Positions 47,183 through 56,684 of a stretch of DNA of 64,000 nucleotides are shown here, one piece after another; within the stretch, counting starts at the first letter, position 1; every line of letters begins with the position of its first letter. The position numbers and the translations under genes were made by a program. Under the pieces are notes generated by a model that ran no database searches, had not been told where the DNA came from, and was given only the letters and a program-made list of their open reading frames with translations. This stretch comes from a virus: the IMG/VR virus record IMGVR_UViG_3300014720_000016. The stretch is one strand, 5' to 3'.

Positions 47183-47274
47183 GGCCTGGTAGAAAAACAC
47201 GGTACTCTGATATTAATCCAGCCGGCATTGAAGAGGTCAGCGACTGTAAGTAAGCGGGTCAAGAAGGAGATCGA

Positions 47275-48048
47275 ATGAAAATCTCGGTAATCATGCAGTC
47301 TTACTTGGGCGAATACCCCGGAGCCCGCAGCAACCCCAAATATAAATTTGTACGGGCAGTCAACAGTTTCCTGCTCCAAAAGCATCCCGATAAAGAGCTT
47401 ATCATAGTCTCTGACGGCTGCGAGGACACTAAGGCGCTGTATGAGAACTGCTTCTCATCTTTTTCTAATATCAAATTCGCTTATGTCGGGCGCGGCGATC
47501 TGCCGCGGACTTATGAAGTAAAGGATAACAAGAAGCACTTCCGCGGCATACCACGCGAGGTTGGCAGGACGCTCGCAGACGCTGACCTGATAACTTATAT
47601 GGATGCCGATGACATCATGATGCCATCGCGACTATCGCATATAAATGCAGGCTGGCAAAACGCAGATGCGTCCAAGCTGTGGTCATATAGCACGATTGTT
47701 CTTGAGCCGAAGAACGAAGCATTCAGTGCCGTCTCAAACGATGAGATCGATCTGCGGTTGTTTGGGTTCCCAATCGATACGCCCGTGTCTATACACTCTC
47801 TATGTCCTCCCGGACATATGGCATCCGCGCCATGGCTAATAGTTCACAGGCCGCAGGTGAAAGCCAAGTGGCAGGATACGTTCGACGAGCTTGACGAGAG
47901 CGGAAAGAAGGTTTCTGGTAGTAGCGAAGACGTGCGATTCGTAGACGATCTTTACAAAGAATCCAGCGGCCATAAGTACGACTCGCCTACATACGTTCTC
48001 TGTCACCGTAAAGCTGCGGCATCGGGCCAAGGTTCTTGGGATATATAG
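47275..48048 (+). CDS. GT-A fold (GT2-like) glycosyltransferase
   Basis: ISVIM, ELIIVSDGC, YMDADD (DxD), SED; AAGGAG RBS. Confidence 0.85.
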   Translation: MKISVIMQSYLGEYPGARSNPKYKFVRAVNSFLLQKHPDKELIIVSDGCEDTKALYENCFSSFSNIKFAYVGRGDLPRTYEVKDNKKHFRGIPREVGRTLADADLITYMDADDIMMPSRLSHINAGWQNADASKLWSYSTIVLEPKNEAFSAVSNDEIDLRLFGFPIDTPVSIHSLCPPGHMASAPWLIVHRPQVKAKWQDTFDELDESGKKVSGSSEDVRFVDDLYKESSGHKYDSPTYVLCHRKAAASGQGSWDI

Positions 48049-48057
48049 AGGAAAGTT

Positions 48058-48831
48058 TTGAGGATCTCAGTAATAATGCAGTCTTATCTAGGCGAGTATC
48101 CAGGAGCTAGAAGTAATCCTGGTTATAAGTTCGTGCGGGCCGTCAACAGCTTCCTACTCCAAAGGCACCCAGATAAAGAGCTTGTCATAGTATCTGACGG
48201 CTGCGAAGACACCAAGGCGCTGTACGAAAACTGCTTCTCGGACTTTGAGAATATAAAGTTTGCCTATGTCGGACGTGGAAATATGCCACGGATGAGACAG
48301 GTAAGGGACGGCAAGAGGCACTTCCGCGGCCTGCCGCGACAGGTGGGCCGAACCCTGGCATCAGGAGATATAATCACCTACATGGATGCCGACGACCTAA
48401 TGCTGCCTAATAGATTATCTCAACTCAATAGCGCGTGGCTACAAGCAGGCCCCGACAAAATATGGGCATACAATACAATGGTTGTCCAACCAAAGACACC
48501 TAGCTTTATACTAGCTACAGACTCCCCTATTGATCTGCGCCTATTTGGTTTTCCTATAAACGAGCCGGTGTACGCCGGCCATATGGCAAAGCCCGGATAC
48601 ATGATTGCATCTCCACCTGCCCTGTCTCATAGGCCAGGCGTCAAGAGCGAATGGAAAGATACTTACGAAGAGTCTGATGCAAATGGCAGGAAGATCGCTG
48701 GAGGCAGCGAAGACGCATCCTTTGTAGATGGACTTCGATCAGAAGCTCCCGGCTGCAAGCACGACTCGCCATCGTACGTTGTTTGCCATTACAAAGGCGA
48801 TCCATCGTGCCCAGGCGGCTGGGACATTTAA
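48058..48831 (+). CDS. GT2-like glycosyltransferase, tandem duplicate
   Basis: Same length (257 aa) and near-identical N-terminal half to 47275. Confidence 0.85.
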   Translation: MRISVIMQSYLGEYPGARSNPGYKFVRAVNSFLLQRHPDKELVIVSDGCEDTKALYENCFSDFENIKFAYVGRGNMPRMRQVRDGKRHFRGLPRQVGRTLASGDIITYMDADDLMLPNRLSQLNSAWLQAGPDKIWAYNTMVVQPKTPSFILATDSPIDLRLFGFPINEPVYAGHMAKPGYMIASPPALSHRPGVKSEWKDTYEESDANGRKIAGGSEDASFVDGLRSEAPGCKHDSPSYVVCHYKGDPSCPGGWDI

Positions 48832-48852
48832 TCAAGGATGTAACTGAAAGCT

Positions 48853-50007
48853 ATGACAAAAACAAACTCAAGAAAAGTTCGCATCGCCATAACCATAAAC
48901 CTTACTGACCCGAACGCCTCCTTCTTTGGGAACGGTCTGCGCCAGAACGTAGTGACCCTACGCGACCTTTTTGAGAAGTGCGAGAACGTCTCGGACTCCT
49001 ACATAGTAAACTTCTCTAATACGGTGTTCCCCCCAGATTATAATGGTCCATGGAAGCCATACCTCCAGCATCTAATCTCTTTTGAAGATGCGCTAAAGAA
49101 ATGCGACCTGTTGGTACTGGCTACTGCCAAACCTAACCCTGCCCAGGATGCCAAGATAAAGGCCGCGGGCATCAAGACGGTCAACCACATCATGGGGCCT
49201 GAGTTCGCCATCATGACTGAGCAGATCCTATTTAAGGATGAGAAGCGCGGCCTTTATAGCAGGGATCGGGGCAGCGTATCTGCCACATGGATCTCTCCCC
49301 ATTTCTTTGAGCGAGATCGCTGCCTGTTCGAGACAGTGAACGACTGCCCTTCTTATGAAGCGCCCTATGTCTGGAGCCCGACATTTATCGAGGCAGACGC
49401 ACAGCGACTGAAAGACGGCGATCCTGCCAAGTATCCCGGTAAATACATTCCGGGCCGCAGCGCCAAGCGCATCTCTGTATTCGAGCCAAATATAAACGTC
49501 ATCAAGACGAGCCTCGTCTCGGTAATGGCTATTGAGCGTGCCTACCGTCAGTGGCCAGAAGCGATTGAAACATCAAGCATCTTCTGCACATCTGGCATCG
49601 CAACCAAGCAGGATACCATAGACTTTGTAGGCGGCCTTGATGTCTATCGAGCCAAGAAGATGTTTTTCAATAAGCGCTATCCAATTACCTGGGCGCTACA
49701 AACCCACACAGACATAGTGCTCAGCCACCAGAACCAGTGCGAACTTAATTACTTGTGGCTAGATGCCGCTTGGCTAGGCTACCCCGTAATTCACAACAGC
49801 CCAATGATGCAAGACCTTGGCTGGTACTACCGGGACAATGATATCGCTACCGCAGCCCGGCACATCAAAGACATTGTAGATTCTTTTGATGCTAAGCACG
49901 AGGAGTATCTTCATGCTTCTCGCGGATATGCGCGGCGCTTTATGATCGGCAATCATGCCAACGTACGCGGGTACGAGAAGCTCATCTCTCAGGTCATGGA
50001 TTCCTGA
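48853..50007 (+). CDS. DUF2827-like protein (putative GT-B glycosyltransferase)
   Basis: FGNGLRQN, WISPHF, PYVWSP, FEPNINVIKT, SHQNQCELNYLWLDAAWLGYPVIHNS. Confidence 0.75.
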   Translation: MTKTNSRKVRIAITINLTDPNASFFGNGLRQNVVTLRDLFEKCENVSDSYIVNFSNTVFPPDYNGPWKPYLQHLISFEDALKKCDLLVLATAKPNPAQDAKIKAAGIKTVNHIMGPEFAIMTEQILFKDEKRGLYSRDRGSVSATWISPHFFERDRCLFETVNDCPSYEAPYVWSPTFIEADAQRLKDGDPAKYPGKYIPGRSAKRISVFEPNINVIKTSLVSVMAIERAYRQWPEAIETSSIFCTSGIATKQDTIDFVGGLDVYRAKKMFFNKRYPITWALQTHTDIVLSHQNQCELNYLWLDAAWLGYPVIHNSPMMQDLGWYYRDNDIATAARHIKDIVDSFDAKHEEYLHASRGYARRFMIGNHANVRGYEKLISQVMDS

Positions 50008-50049
50008 TCGGGCTGATGTAAAGGGAATGCTCAAGAAACGAGGTCAACA

Positions 50050-51321
50050 TTGAAACTGATAGCCGTCTATAATGTGCCAGATCTTCCTAACCTGGAGTTC
50101 AACCATCGCAAGTATGCAGACCGCCATGGCTTGCAATTCGAACGAGTGGTTCTTGGAACTGACAGCCTCGCAGAGAGGTACTCCGCTTATCTAGAGGCAC
50201 TACAGAAGAATCCGGGCGAAACAATCATGTTCGTTGACAATCACACATACTTCGCCAACTTTGACTTCCTGCCACAGCCCGAAGGGGACTGTCTGCTCCA
50301 GAAGCATGAAGACACCTACATCACTGGTCTTTTCATAGTAAAGAGTAATGAGGCCACAGCCCTGTGTTTCGAGCAGGCCCTTATGCTAGTCAACAAGCAT
50401 GGCTATATGATGGGCGGGTGGCAAGAGATCAAGCGGAGCAAGATGGTATTCCCGAAAGGCTTCTCTAAAGAATATCCGCATAAACAGGACGGAGTATACC
50501 TGTGCGCAACCGTCTATGCTCACAATAACATATTAACAGTGGCCGATCAAAAGGCGGTGCTCGCGGTCACGTTTGCACACGCAAAGATGAAACCAGACGA
50601 GTGCGATTATTACGCAGAGGCTATGTGCAGCAGGCAAGGCGCATCTCCAGCTATTCCAGCCGAAGGCTTTGAGTGCTTCAACCCAGGCGGCAAGCACGCC
50701 TTTGTAACCATGTACACGCCCAATATCGCTGAGATGGGTATCCTGTCCGAAGAAAATCTAAAACTTTATTGCGCCAAGAACGACATTACCTACTACATCT
50801 ACCGCGGTGTTCCAGCCGATCTAGCTGCTGCCGGCGTAGCAGACGCATGGGTCAAGCCCTGGTTAATCCTAAAGCATTTCGATCCGCACGTCACCGTATC
50901 ATGGATCGATTCAGATATACTTATTGGCCCGGACTGGAAGTTAGACTTCACCCGCGAAGTAGCCTGTTTCAAAGACCCGCTGTTTACTTTCAATTCAGGC
51001 TTTATGATGTTTGCCACTACAGATAAAAATCGTGCGCTGCTGGATGACGTGATCGCTAGCATCCGCGCAATCAACGGCAAGCTGGAAGGGGTATATAACC
51101 ATGGCGGCGATCAGCCCCGGTTTATTGATGCCGTGCTCAAGCACTACCCGGGATATGCTCCGCTAAGCGCGCGCCTCGGCAATACGCATCCGGGCTTTCC
51201 AAGCTCGATACCTCCGGCAGCAACAGACAAGATGCTGCACTTCATGGGGTATGCAAAGCCGATACGGACAGCGCTTATGGCAGGTTACTCCAGTGTGATG
51301 AACCGCAAGTATAAGTGCTAA
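50050..51321 (+). CDS. Glycosyltransferase (GT34/nucleotide-diphospho-sugar transferase-like), duplicated GT-A domains
   Basis: WVKP, WIDSDIL, FNSGFM, GDQ, LHFMG in the C-terminal half; degenerate copy N-terminally. Confidence 0.7.
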   Translation: MKLIAVYNVPDLPNLEFNHRKYADRHGLQFERVVLGTDSLAERYSAYLEALQKNPGETIMFVDNHTYFANFDFLPQPEGDCLLQKHEDTYITGLFIVKSNEATALCFEQALMLVNKHGYMMGGWQEIKRSKMVFPKGFSKEYPHKQDGVYLCATVYAHNNILTVADQKAVLAVTFAHAKMKPDECDYYAEAMCSRQGASPAIPAEGFECFNPGGKHAFVTMYTPNIAEMGILSEENLKLYCAKNDITYYIYRGVPADLAAAGVADAWVKPWLILKHFDPHVTVSWIDSDILIGPDWKLDFTREVACFKDPLFTFNSGFMMFATTDKNRALLDDVIASIRAINGKLEGVYNHGGDQPRFIDAVLKHYPGYAPLSARLGNTHPGFPSSIPPAATDKMLHFMGYAKPIRTALMAGYSSVMNRKYKC

Positions 51322-51335
51322 AAAAGAACCCGCAG

Positions 51336-51758
51336 CTAACGACTGCGGGTTTCTGCTATTTTAGCAGGAGATAGCGCAGGACTACATTCGTCAGCATCTA
51401 TGCCAATACTGGCAAGTGCCTTGATAAAATCCTGCGTTTCTGGCAAGTCACCTACGTTGAATACCGGACAGATGCCGGGCATAGTGGCGATAGTATCGCG
51501 GTTAGCTCGCCAATGGTAGCCATACCGCTGCCCGTCTAAGTGACTGGCAGGAATACAAATCGTGTGATGGTAGGCCCAGTTGCCTTCCGCGTCGCCCCAC
51601 CCGATGAAAATACCAGAGCCATACTTCTTGCTGGAAGTCCTGGGCACGGATTCTAGTGCAGTCATAAGCTGCTCTAAGTGCGGCCACCTGCTGTCAGGAG
51701 GCAGCAACTTGTTTATCTCCAGTATATGAAACTGCATTGCCCAATCATTTAGCTTCAT
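51336..51758 (-). CDS. MKL family B protein
   Basis: MKLNDWA...RWPHLE...GIFIGW...WAYHH...PVFNVGDLPE. Confidence 0.72.
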   Translation of the reverse strand: MKLNDWAMQFHILEINKLLPPDSRWPHLEQLMTALESVPRTSSKKYGSGIFIGWGDAEGNWAYHHTICIPASHLDGQRYGYHWRANRDTIATMPGICPVFNVGDLPETQDFIKALASIGIDADECSPALSPAKIAETRSR

Positions 51759-52032
51759 TTGATCTACTCTTTATAGCGGGCAGCCAGGGCACATCTGCCT
51801 CGTTAATTGCGCGATGCAGTTCGTCTATCAGATCAGGCGGAGTGGGATAATCAACCCAATCTTTTAGTCGGGCAAGTAGATGTATGAGTCGCACATACTC
51901 CGCATAGGAAACCGTACAGTTGCATTGGTCCAATGACCCGCAGGCACTGCATTGCAAATCCATATCAGACCTCGCCTTCTGCGGTTCCGTGTTGCTCAAG
52001 TATCCAGGCCACTGCTTCTTCCTCTGAGTCAA
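51745..52032 (-). CDS. Hypothetical protein
   Basis: CSACG..CNC. Confidence 0.45.
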   Translation of the reverse strand: MTQRKKQWPGYLSNTEPQKARSDMDLQCSACGSLDQCNCTVSYAEYVRLIHLLARLKDWVDYPTPPDLIDELHRAINEADVPWLPAIKSRSNEAK

Positions 52033-52354
52033 ATCGAAGGTTGATTGTGTCAGCCCTATTAGATACCAGCCATTTGCCAGTAGGATCTACACAGGAGCCG
52101 CAGCGACAACCCGGACTTGCCACATATTCCATTTCAACAGTAAAGCGATAGTCCAGCAGTTCCTCTACTGCTGTCTGCGCGGCAATGCGATCCGGGGCGT
52201 GGCCACTTGCTAAAACAGGCCCGCCCTCGATATTGAAAACTTCCCAGGAATAATCTCTAGTCACCTGCGCTCGAACCGTGCCTAGCCGGACGCCGTTCGT
52301 AAGCGACCACACGTCCCCTTGTTTGCGCCAGTCAGCATTATACAAACACGCCAT
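51965..52354 (-). CDS. Hypothetical protein
   Basis: GGAG RBS. Confidence 0.55.
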   Translation of the reverse strand: MACLYNADWRKQGDVWSLTNGVRLGTVRAQVTRDYSWEVFNIEGGPVLASGHAPDRIAAQTAVEELLDYRFTVEMEYVASPGCRCGSCVDPTGKWLVSNRADTINLRFDSEEEAVAWILEQHGTAEGEV

Positions 52355-52372
52355 AGCATCTCCGTTCAGATC

Positions 52373-52633
52373 TCAGTGGGTAAATACAGTAAGACGCGGC
52401 AAGGCGTGATAGCCAAGGCCATCCTCTATCTTTACCCCCGAACTCAATGTTGACCAACGCCAGCGAGTTTCGCCATTATCTACAATAACTTCCGGGATAT
52501 TATTAACGTGTCTATAAACACGGATTTGCCAGTCAAACAGTTGAAGGTGCGGGTCGCCGTACACAAGCCTCGCAGCCTCTAGCCAATCCCGCTTCTCGTA
52601 TGCCTCTCGAATCAAGTAGTTGATTAGCTTCAT
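52373..52633 (-). CDS. MKL family A protein
   Basis: MKLINYLIREAYEKRDWLEAARLV; IPEVIV; WRW. Confidence 0.72.
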   Translation of the reverse strand: MKLINYLIREAYEKRDWLEAARLVYGDPHLQLFDWQIRVYRHVNNIPEVIVDNGETRWRWSTLSSGVKIEDGLGYHALPRLTVFTH

Positions 52634-52941
52634 TCGTCGTCACTCGGAAGTGCGCCCAAAGCAATGGCACAGGTGCCGCAATAGCTAGTGCGGTTACAGC
52701 CAAACTTGCAGGAAGAAATAATATCCTTTAGGGCATCGCGCATAGTGGGCGCGGCTGCAATCAGTCGAGCATCCTCGCCCTCGCCTACATATCCACCCCA
52801 AACTTCCCCGCTGCTAACGCCCATGGTTGCAACGGTAATCTCGAAACCATCCGGTGTATCCTGAATGATCTTTATCCAAGGCGAGCCATCATCTGCGGCA
52901 ATAACTTCTGCCCGCCAGGGACCAGGTGTATACTTTCCCAT
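52630..52941 (-). CDS. Phage TPGPW...ARLIAAAP-type protein
   Basis: YTPGPW and DARLIAAAP. Confidence 0.7.
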   Translation of the reverse strand: MGKYTPGPWRAEVIAADDGSPWIKIIQDTPDGFEITVATMGVSSGEVWGGYVGEGEDARLIAAAPTMRDALKDIISSCKFGCNRTSYCGTCAIALGALPSDDE

Positions 52942-53372
52942 TATTTCTCCAAGGCCGCTTCAACAGCCGCAAGAATATCGTCCACCCTGTCGATTTGACC
53001 ATCTGCCGAATCCCACCTGTTTAACATACGGCAGCATGCCGCAAGCAGCGCTGGGGCGGCTGCGATCAGGCGCGCATTAGCAGCGCCGGTATCCGTATGC
53101 GGATTGTTCACAGCGGCAATCTGGCCAGCAGCGGAGCTGATGACGCCGTCGCCATACAACTGCCACGGGCCAGGAGCATGGCCGGTCTCGTATTCCCACT
53201 CTGGCATATAACCAAAAAGAAAATCGCTCATCGCCTCGTCCTCTGACTGAGGAGCGAAGGTTGGATCTAGTGCGGAATCCTTGCGCACAATAGCAATTGC
53301 TTCTTCGCGAGTAACACGAACGCGCTCGAAGCCGCCGTCAGGAAGGGGGCGCCGATAAACCATGTGTCGCAT
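52941..53372 (-). CDS. Phage PGPW...ANARLIAAAP-type protein with an N-terminal extra module
   Basis: HAPGPW, ANARLIAAAP; start MRHMVY. Confidence 0.65.
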   Translation of the reverse strand: MRHMVYRRPLPDGGFERVRVTREEAIAIVRKDSALDPTFAPQSEDEAMSDFLFGYMPEWEYETGHAPGPWQLYGDGVISSAAGQIAAVNNPHTDTGAANARLIAAAPALLAACCRMLNRWDSADGQIDRVDDILAAVEAALEK

Positions 53373-53380
53373 ACGGACTC

Positions 53381-53698
53381 CTACTTGTAGCGGTGGGGCA
53401 TTGCATTCCACTTAGCAATTGCAAGGCGGCGGATCTCTGCATCCGTATCTTGCGGAGCATAATCCTCTACTGGAAAAGTTCCCATGAATGTTTTTACCCT
53501 GTACTTGCGAGTTACCTTTGGCGCAGGCACATCTACAATAGATGCAGAGCCGCCTCGCAATCCGCAATCGGGACAGGCGATGTGAAAACTGGATCTCAAT
53601 CCGGGACCAAAGCTGTACTCATAGTCAGGCTGGACCTCGACGTATTGCACATTAGGATTACCACAGTAGTGGCAAGGTGCCGGTTTATCTGATGCCAT
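53381..53698 (-). CDS. Lar (restriction alleviation)-like Zn-ribbon protein
   Basis: PCHYCG...IACPDCG...AIAKWN. Confidence 0.6.
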   Translation of the reverse strand: MASDKPAPCHYCGNPNVQYVEVQPDYEYSFGPGLRSSFHIACPDCGLRGGSASIVDVPAPKVTRKYRVKTFMGTFPVEDYAPQDTDAEIRRLAIAKWNAMPHRYK

Positions 53699-54368
53699 GA
53701 TCAAGGATCTCCACCCAGCGCTTGGTCAAAAGTTCTATATAATCCGATCCGCTCATATTGCCCCAGCGATAATAGCCTAGAGCCCAACCGTCATTCGCCT
53801 CTACTAGCAAGCCACCCGCATCAGTAACACCTACATCTAGGGCATAGCCGGCTGGGGCATCGCTGTATGCAGCAATCATGCGATGGACGAACTCCATTTC
53901 TAACTCGACTTCGTCGTCGCCGTCATCATATCGGGATGCCCCTACGACGCGCCCGTTGATAATATAGGTGCGAAACTCTGCCAAGAGCTGGATGGGCGGC
54001 GAGCACCACACTGGCTCGTTGAGATCTATTGTCTCGTTTGCATCGGGTGCTATGCCGCCAGTGAATGCTTTAGTTCGCAGGGGCTTACAAAAGAAGCCGG
54101 GTGGAACGGCGGAAAACGTACAGCGCTGCACCGGCCTACGCAGCGCCCAGCGCAATGATTCGGGATAGGTGTCGCTATCTGGCAAACGGATGCGGTTTAG
54201 ATCAGCATACCTGCGGACAAACTCTACTGAGCCAACTGGCACGGTCGCACTAGGATCTGCTACCGGGACCAGTTCATCATAAGTGATAACCGTTCGCTGG
54301 TGATCTGTGGCCGCAAAAAGATTGCGCTCATCGCGGCAGGCCGGTCCTGACTGAATTAAATAATGCAT
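53685..54368 (-). CDS. ATP-grasp domain protein (DUF4343/R2K-like)
   Basis: PVGSVEF, YPESL, FCKP..KAFTG, EFRTYI, YALDVG, VEANDGWALG. Confidence 0.82.
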   Translation of the reverse strand: MHYLIQSGPACRDERNLFAATDHQRTVITYDELVPVADPSATVPVGSVEFVRRYADLNRIRLPDSDTYPESLRWALRRPVQRCTFSAVPPGFFCKPLRTKAFTGGIAPDANETIDLNEPVWCSPPIQLLAEFRTYIINGRVVGASRYDDGDDEVELEMEFVHRMIAAYSDAPAGYALDVGVTDAGGLLVEANDGWALGYYRWGNMSGSDYIELLTKRWVEILDHGIR

Positions 54369-54507
54369 ATGCTCCTGCGCACCTACCAGCAGCTACCTCC
54401 AGAAGGCGTCACAGGTATAGGCGTTGTCACCCACCTGATGGCAAACAACCTCAGGAGTTCGTGGCATAAAGAGGCTGATAAAGATCTTGAAAAGAATAGC
54501 AAACACG

Positions 54508-54918
54508 TTAGCCCGCTTTCTTTGGGAAAGTCCATCTGAACGAGCAGGAATCTCCGAATTGGTATACCCTGATCTTCAGCCATCCTGATTGCCTGGCCGT
54601 CGCGACAGAGGCAGCATCCATGCGCAAGTCTGTCAGCTCGCCCACGTTAATCCTGATCGAAGTTGTTTGCCAAACAGGATCGCTATACCGCTCCCACTTT
54701 AGTTCGATCAGCCGCTTAGAGGGCTCAACATAGTACGAGATAAAGCCCCTTGAGCGGAGGTCTGCTTCACGGGCTGCCGCATCTGCGTACCATGCCTCCA
54801 GCTTCTTTATGCGCCTCTGATCAAATAACGCTGGTGGCAGTTTGTTGTTGGTAAAAAATGTAGCGAGGTTTGCAGAGAGGTTCTCCACTCTGACACTCGG
54901 GACGCTATCGAGCTTCAT
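54508..54918 (-). CDS. MKL family C protein
   Basis: Aligns with 62457 (MKL.S.P..R...L..N.A.F...N.L.PA..D). Confidence 0.65.
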   Translation of the reverse strand: MKLDSVPSVRVENLSANLATFFTNNKLPPALFDQRRIKKLEAWYADAAAREADLRSRGFISYYVEPSKRLIELKWERYSDPVWQTTSIRINVGELTDLRMDAASVATARQSGWLKIRVYQFGDSCSFRWTFPKKAG

Positions 54919-54944
54919 GGCTTCTCCGGGGTTTCTGCACGAGC

Positions 54945-54976
54945 GGATCGGGCCGACCCGGCTTTAGGCCCGGCGC
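54945..54976 (-). promoter_or_regulatory. 32-bp element, copy 14
   Basis: GCGCCGGGCC TAAA GCCGGGTCGG CCCGATCC. Confidence 0.75.
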
Positions 54977-54995
54977 GGCTTGCCGCATTCCGTCC

Positions 54996-55283
54996 TTACT
55001 TTATAATGGTGATCATGCCCAGCATACCGGGCGAGCCGGACCTCGCATCTTCCCACGACATATCCTGGGACGCACCAGTCTCTTCGTGCCAGCGCATAGT
55101 GCGCCCATCGCTAAACCTTATGCGCATAGACAGGTGCCTGATGATAGGCCCCCTGTCCCATGCCGTAATCTTAAACTGCGAATGGCGAGCCGGCTCACCG
55201 AAGTGATCAAGCAGGGCATCGACAGCGGCCGCGTAGTCGCCGGCAGCCAGAGCTTGGCGGATTAGAAACGAGCATATCTTCAT
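54996..55283 (-). CDS. MKL family A protein (MKI variant)
   Basis: MKICSFLIRQALAAGDYAAAVDALLDHFG; MRWHEETG. Confidence 0.72.
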   Translation of the reverse strand: MKICSFLIRQALAAGDYAAAVDALLDHFGEPARHSQFKITAWDRGPIIRHLSMRIRFSDGRTMRWHEETGASQDMSWEDARSGSPGMLGMITIIK

Positions 55284-55633
55284 CCGGCCTCCCACACCAG
55301 GGTTCCAGTAACGCGGTCGTCTCTGCGGTAGCAGAAAATGCCAACACTATACCTGCCCATCTCCACAGGACCAACCTGAAAGCCAGGAGGCAGGGCAAGG
55401 TTAACCTGAGTCATGTCCTCGCTGGTACCACGGTGAAGTGTATTTTCGCTTGCGCCTAGGCAAACAACACTCGCAGATGTGCAAACAAGAGTCGGGTACT
55501 TGCTCTTGCAGTCGAGCTCTACGAGAATAAGGGTTTCTGAAAAAATGGACACCCAGGCTGAAGCAATCTCGATTACTCCGGGCGTAATGCTTATGCCAAC
55601 CCTTTCACGAATCTCCCAATCGTGCAATTTCAT
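55280..55633 (-). CDS. MKL-WEI-start protein
   Basis: MKLHDWEIRERVG. Confidence 0.6.
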   Translation of the reverse strand: MKLHDWEIRERVGISITPGVIEIASAWVSIFSETLILVELDCKSKYPTLVCTSASVVCLGASENTLHRGTSEDMTQVNLALPPGFQVGPVEMGRYSVGIFCYRRDDRVTGTLVWEAG

Positions 55634-55910
55634 GCTGCGACCTCGTTGTTGTCCAGATTACAGCCCACGTTCCCTGCGCCAGAGATGGACCAGAATAAAT
55701 ACCCACGCCCCTTGTCCATGTGTACTTGCGATGGTTCATTGTAATCCCAATAAAGGTTTTTGGCATTCTATAGTAAACATTAATTTTTGAAACGGGCAGG
55801 TCATTAGGGGAAGGTGGCGGCACACCATGGCGGGCAGCGACAGCGACAGCAGCAGCGAACCAGTCGCCTGCCACAATATGCTGCTCAATAGCCCAATCAT
55901 CTAACTTCAT
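55605..55910 (-). CDS. MKL family A protein
   Basis: MKLDDWAIEQHIVAGDWFAAA...RHG; YTWTRGVGIY. Confidence 0.75.
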   Translation of the reverse strand: MKLDDWAIEQHIVAGDWFAAAVAVAARHGVPPPSPNDLPVSKINVYYRMPKTFIGITMNHRKYTWTRGVGIYSGPSLAQGTWAVIWTTTRSQHEIARLGDS

Positions 55911-56181
55911 TGACCCACCAGACGTTTGCTATCTTTGGCTTTTTGCCCGGACTTCTCCATTGACCAGGAGGCCCATTCGCACCCGTACGCCACAGATAAA
56001 CATCAATACCATGATCAACGATTACATTGCAGCCAGTAGCGGAGGGAGCCTGCCTCCAGCGGATTTCCATGTCGCTGACATCTGCATCTGGTATGCCAAA
56101 GTGGCTTAGCAGACCGCGCACAGCAGCACGCCCGTCGCCAGCATTCAGGGCCATCTGCATTTCAATATCTAGAAGTTTCAC
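55897..56181 (-). CDS. MKL family A protein
   Basis: MKLLDIEMQMALNAGD...SHFG; YLW. Confidence 0.72.
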   Translation of the reverse strand: MKLLDIEMQMALNAGDGRAAVRGLLSHFGIPDADVSDMEIRWRQAPSATGCNVIVDHGIDVYLWRTGANGPPGQWRSPGKKPKIANVWWVNEVR

Positions 56182-56684
56182 TCGCTGTCCTGCTTAGCCG
56201 CCCATGCCCGTGCGCGCTGAATGTCTACATCAGTCAGCCCAATATCGGGGTCAGGCGCGAAACGGAAAAGATTACCGGCCGGAGAAAAGTCCTCGCCAGT
56301 CGCTCGCCATTCTTCCGCAAGCAACTCTGAGTCATCGTCAAGCCAGATAATGCGTCTGCCGGTTCGCAGGGCAGCGGCAACAGCTCGCGGCTTCCAAAGC
56401 TCATCGCGTTCAGGATAAACGGGCGGAGCAGCAGCTACCGGGAAAGGCCCGATGCCTAAGCGGGGACACAGCAGAGTATTTGCTTTATTGTTTTCGTTCC
56501 ATGTAGTAAGCCAGTGAACCTCGCCAAGCTCTGCAACTGCGGCAGCGGCGCTACGGCTAAACCAAAGAGGGAAGCCGTCCTCGCGACAAGTGGTCCAGTC
56601 AGACCAGCAGGAAGGGGCAGGCGGCTGGGAGCCCGATAGAGCATTGAGTACGCCATCAAAATCTAGCAGCACTAGCGGACGCAT
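56178..56684 (-). CDS. HAD-superfamily hydrolase (RNA-repair-associated HAD type)
   Basis: LLDFDGVLN, WLTTW, WK, IIWLDDD, GLT. Confidence 0.82.
   Translation of the reverse strand: MRPLVLLDFDGVLNALSGSQPPAPSCWSDWTTCREDGFPLWFSRSAAAAVAELGEVHWLTTWNENNKANTLLCPRLGIGPFPVAAAPPVYPERDELWKPRAVAAALRTGRRIIWLDDDSELLAEEWRATGEDFSPAGNLFRFAPDPDIGLTDVDIQRARAWAAKQDSE

Noticed and set aside
50050-51321. MKL start of the glycosyltransferase as a member of the MKL family
   Set aside because: It is on the opposite strand, is a large enzyme and lacks the downstream family motifs; probably coincidence.
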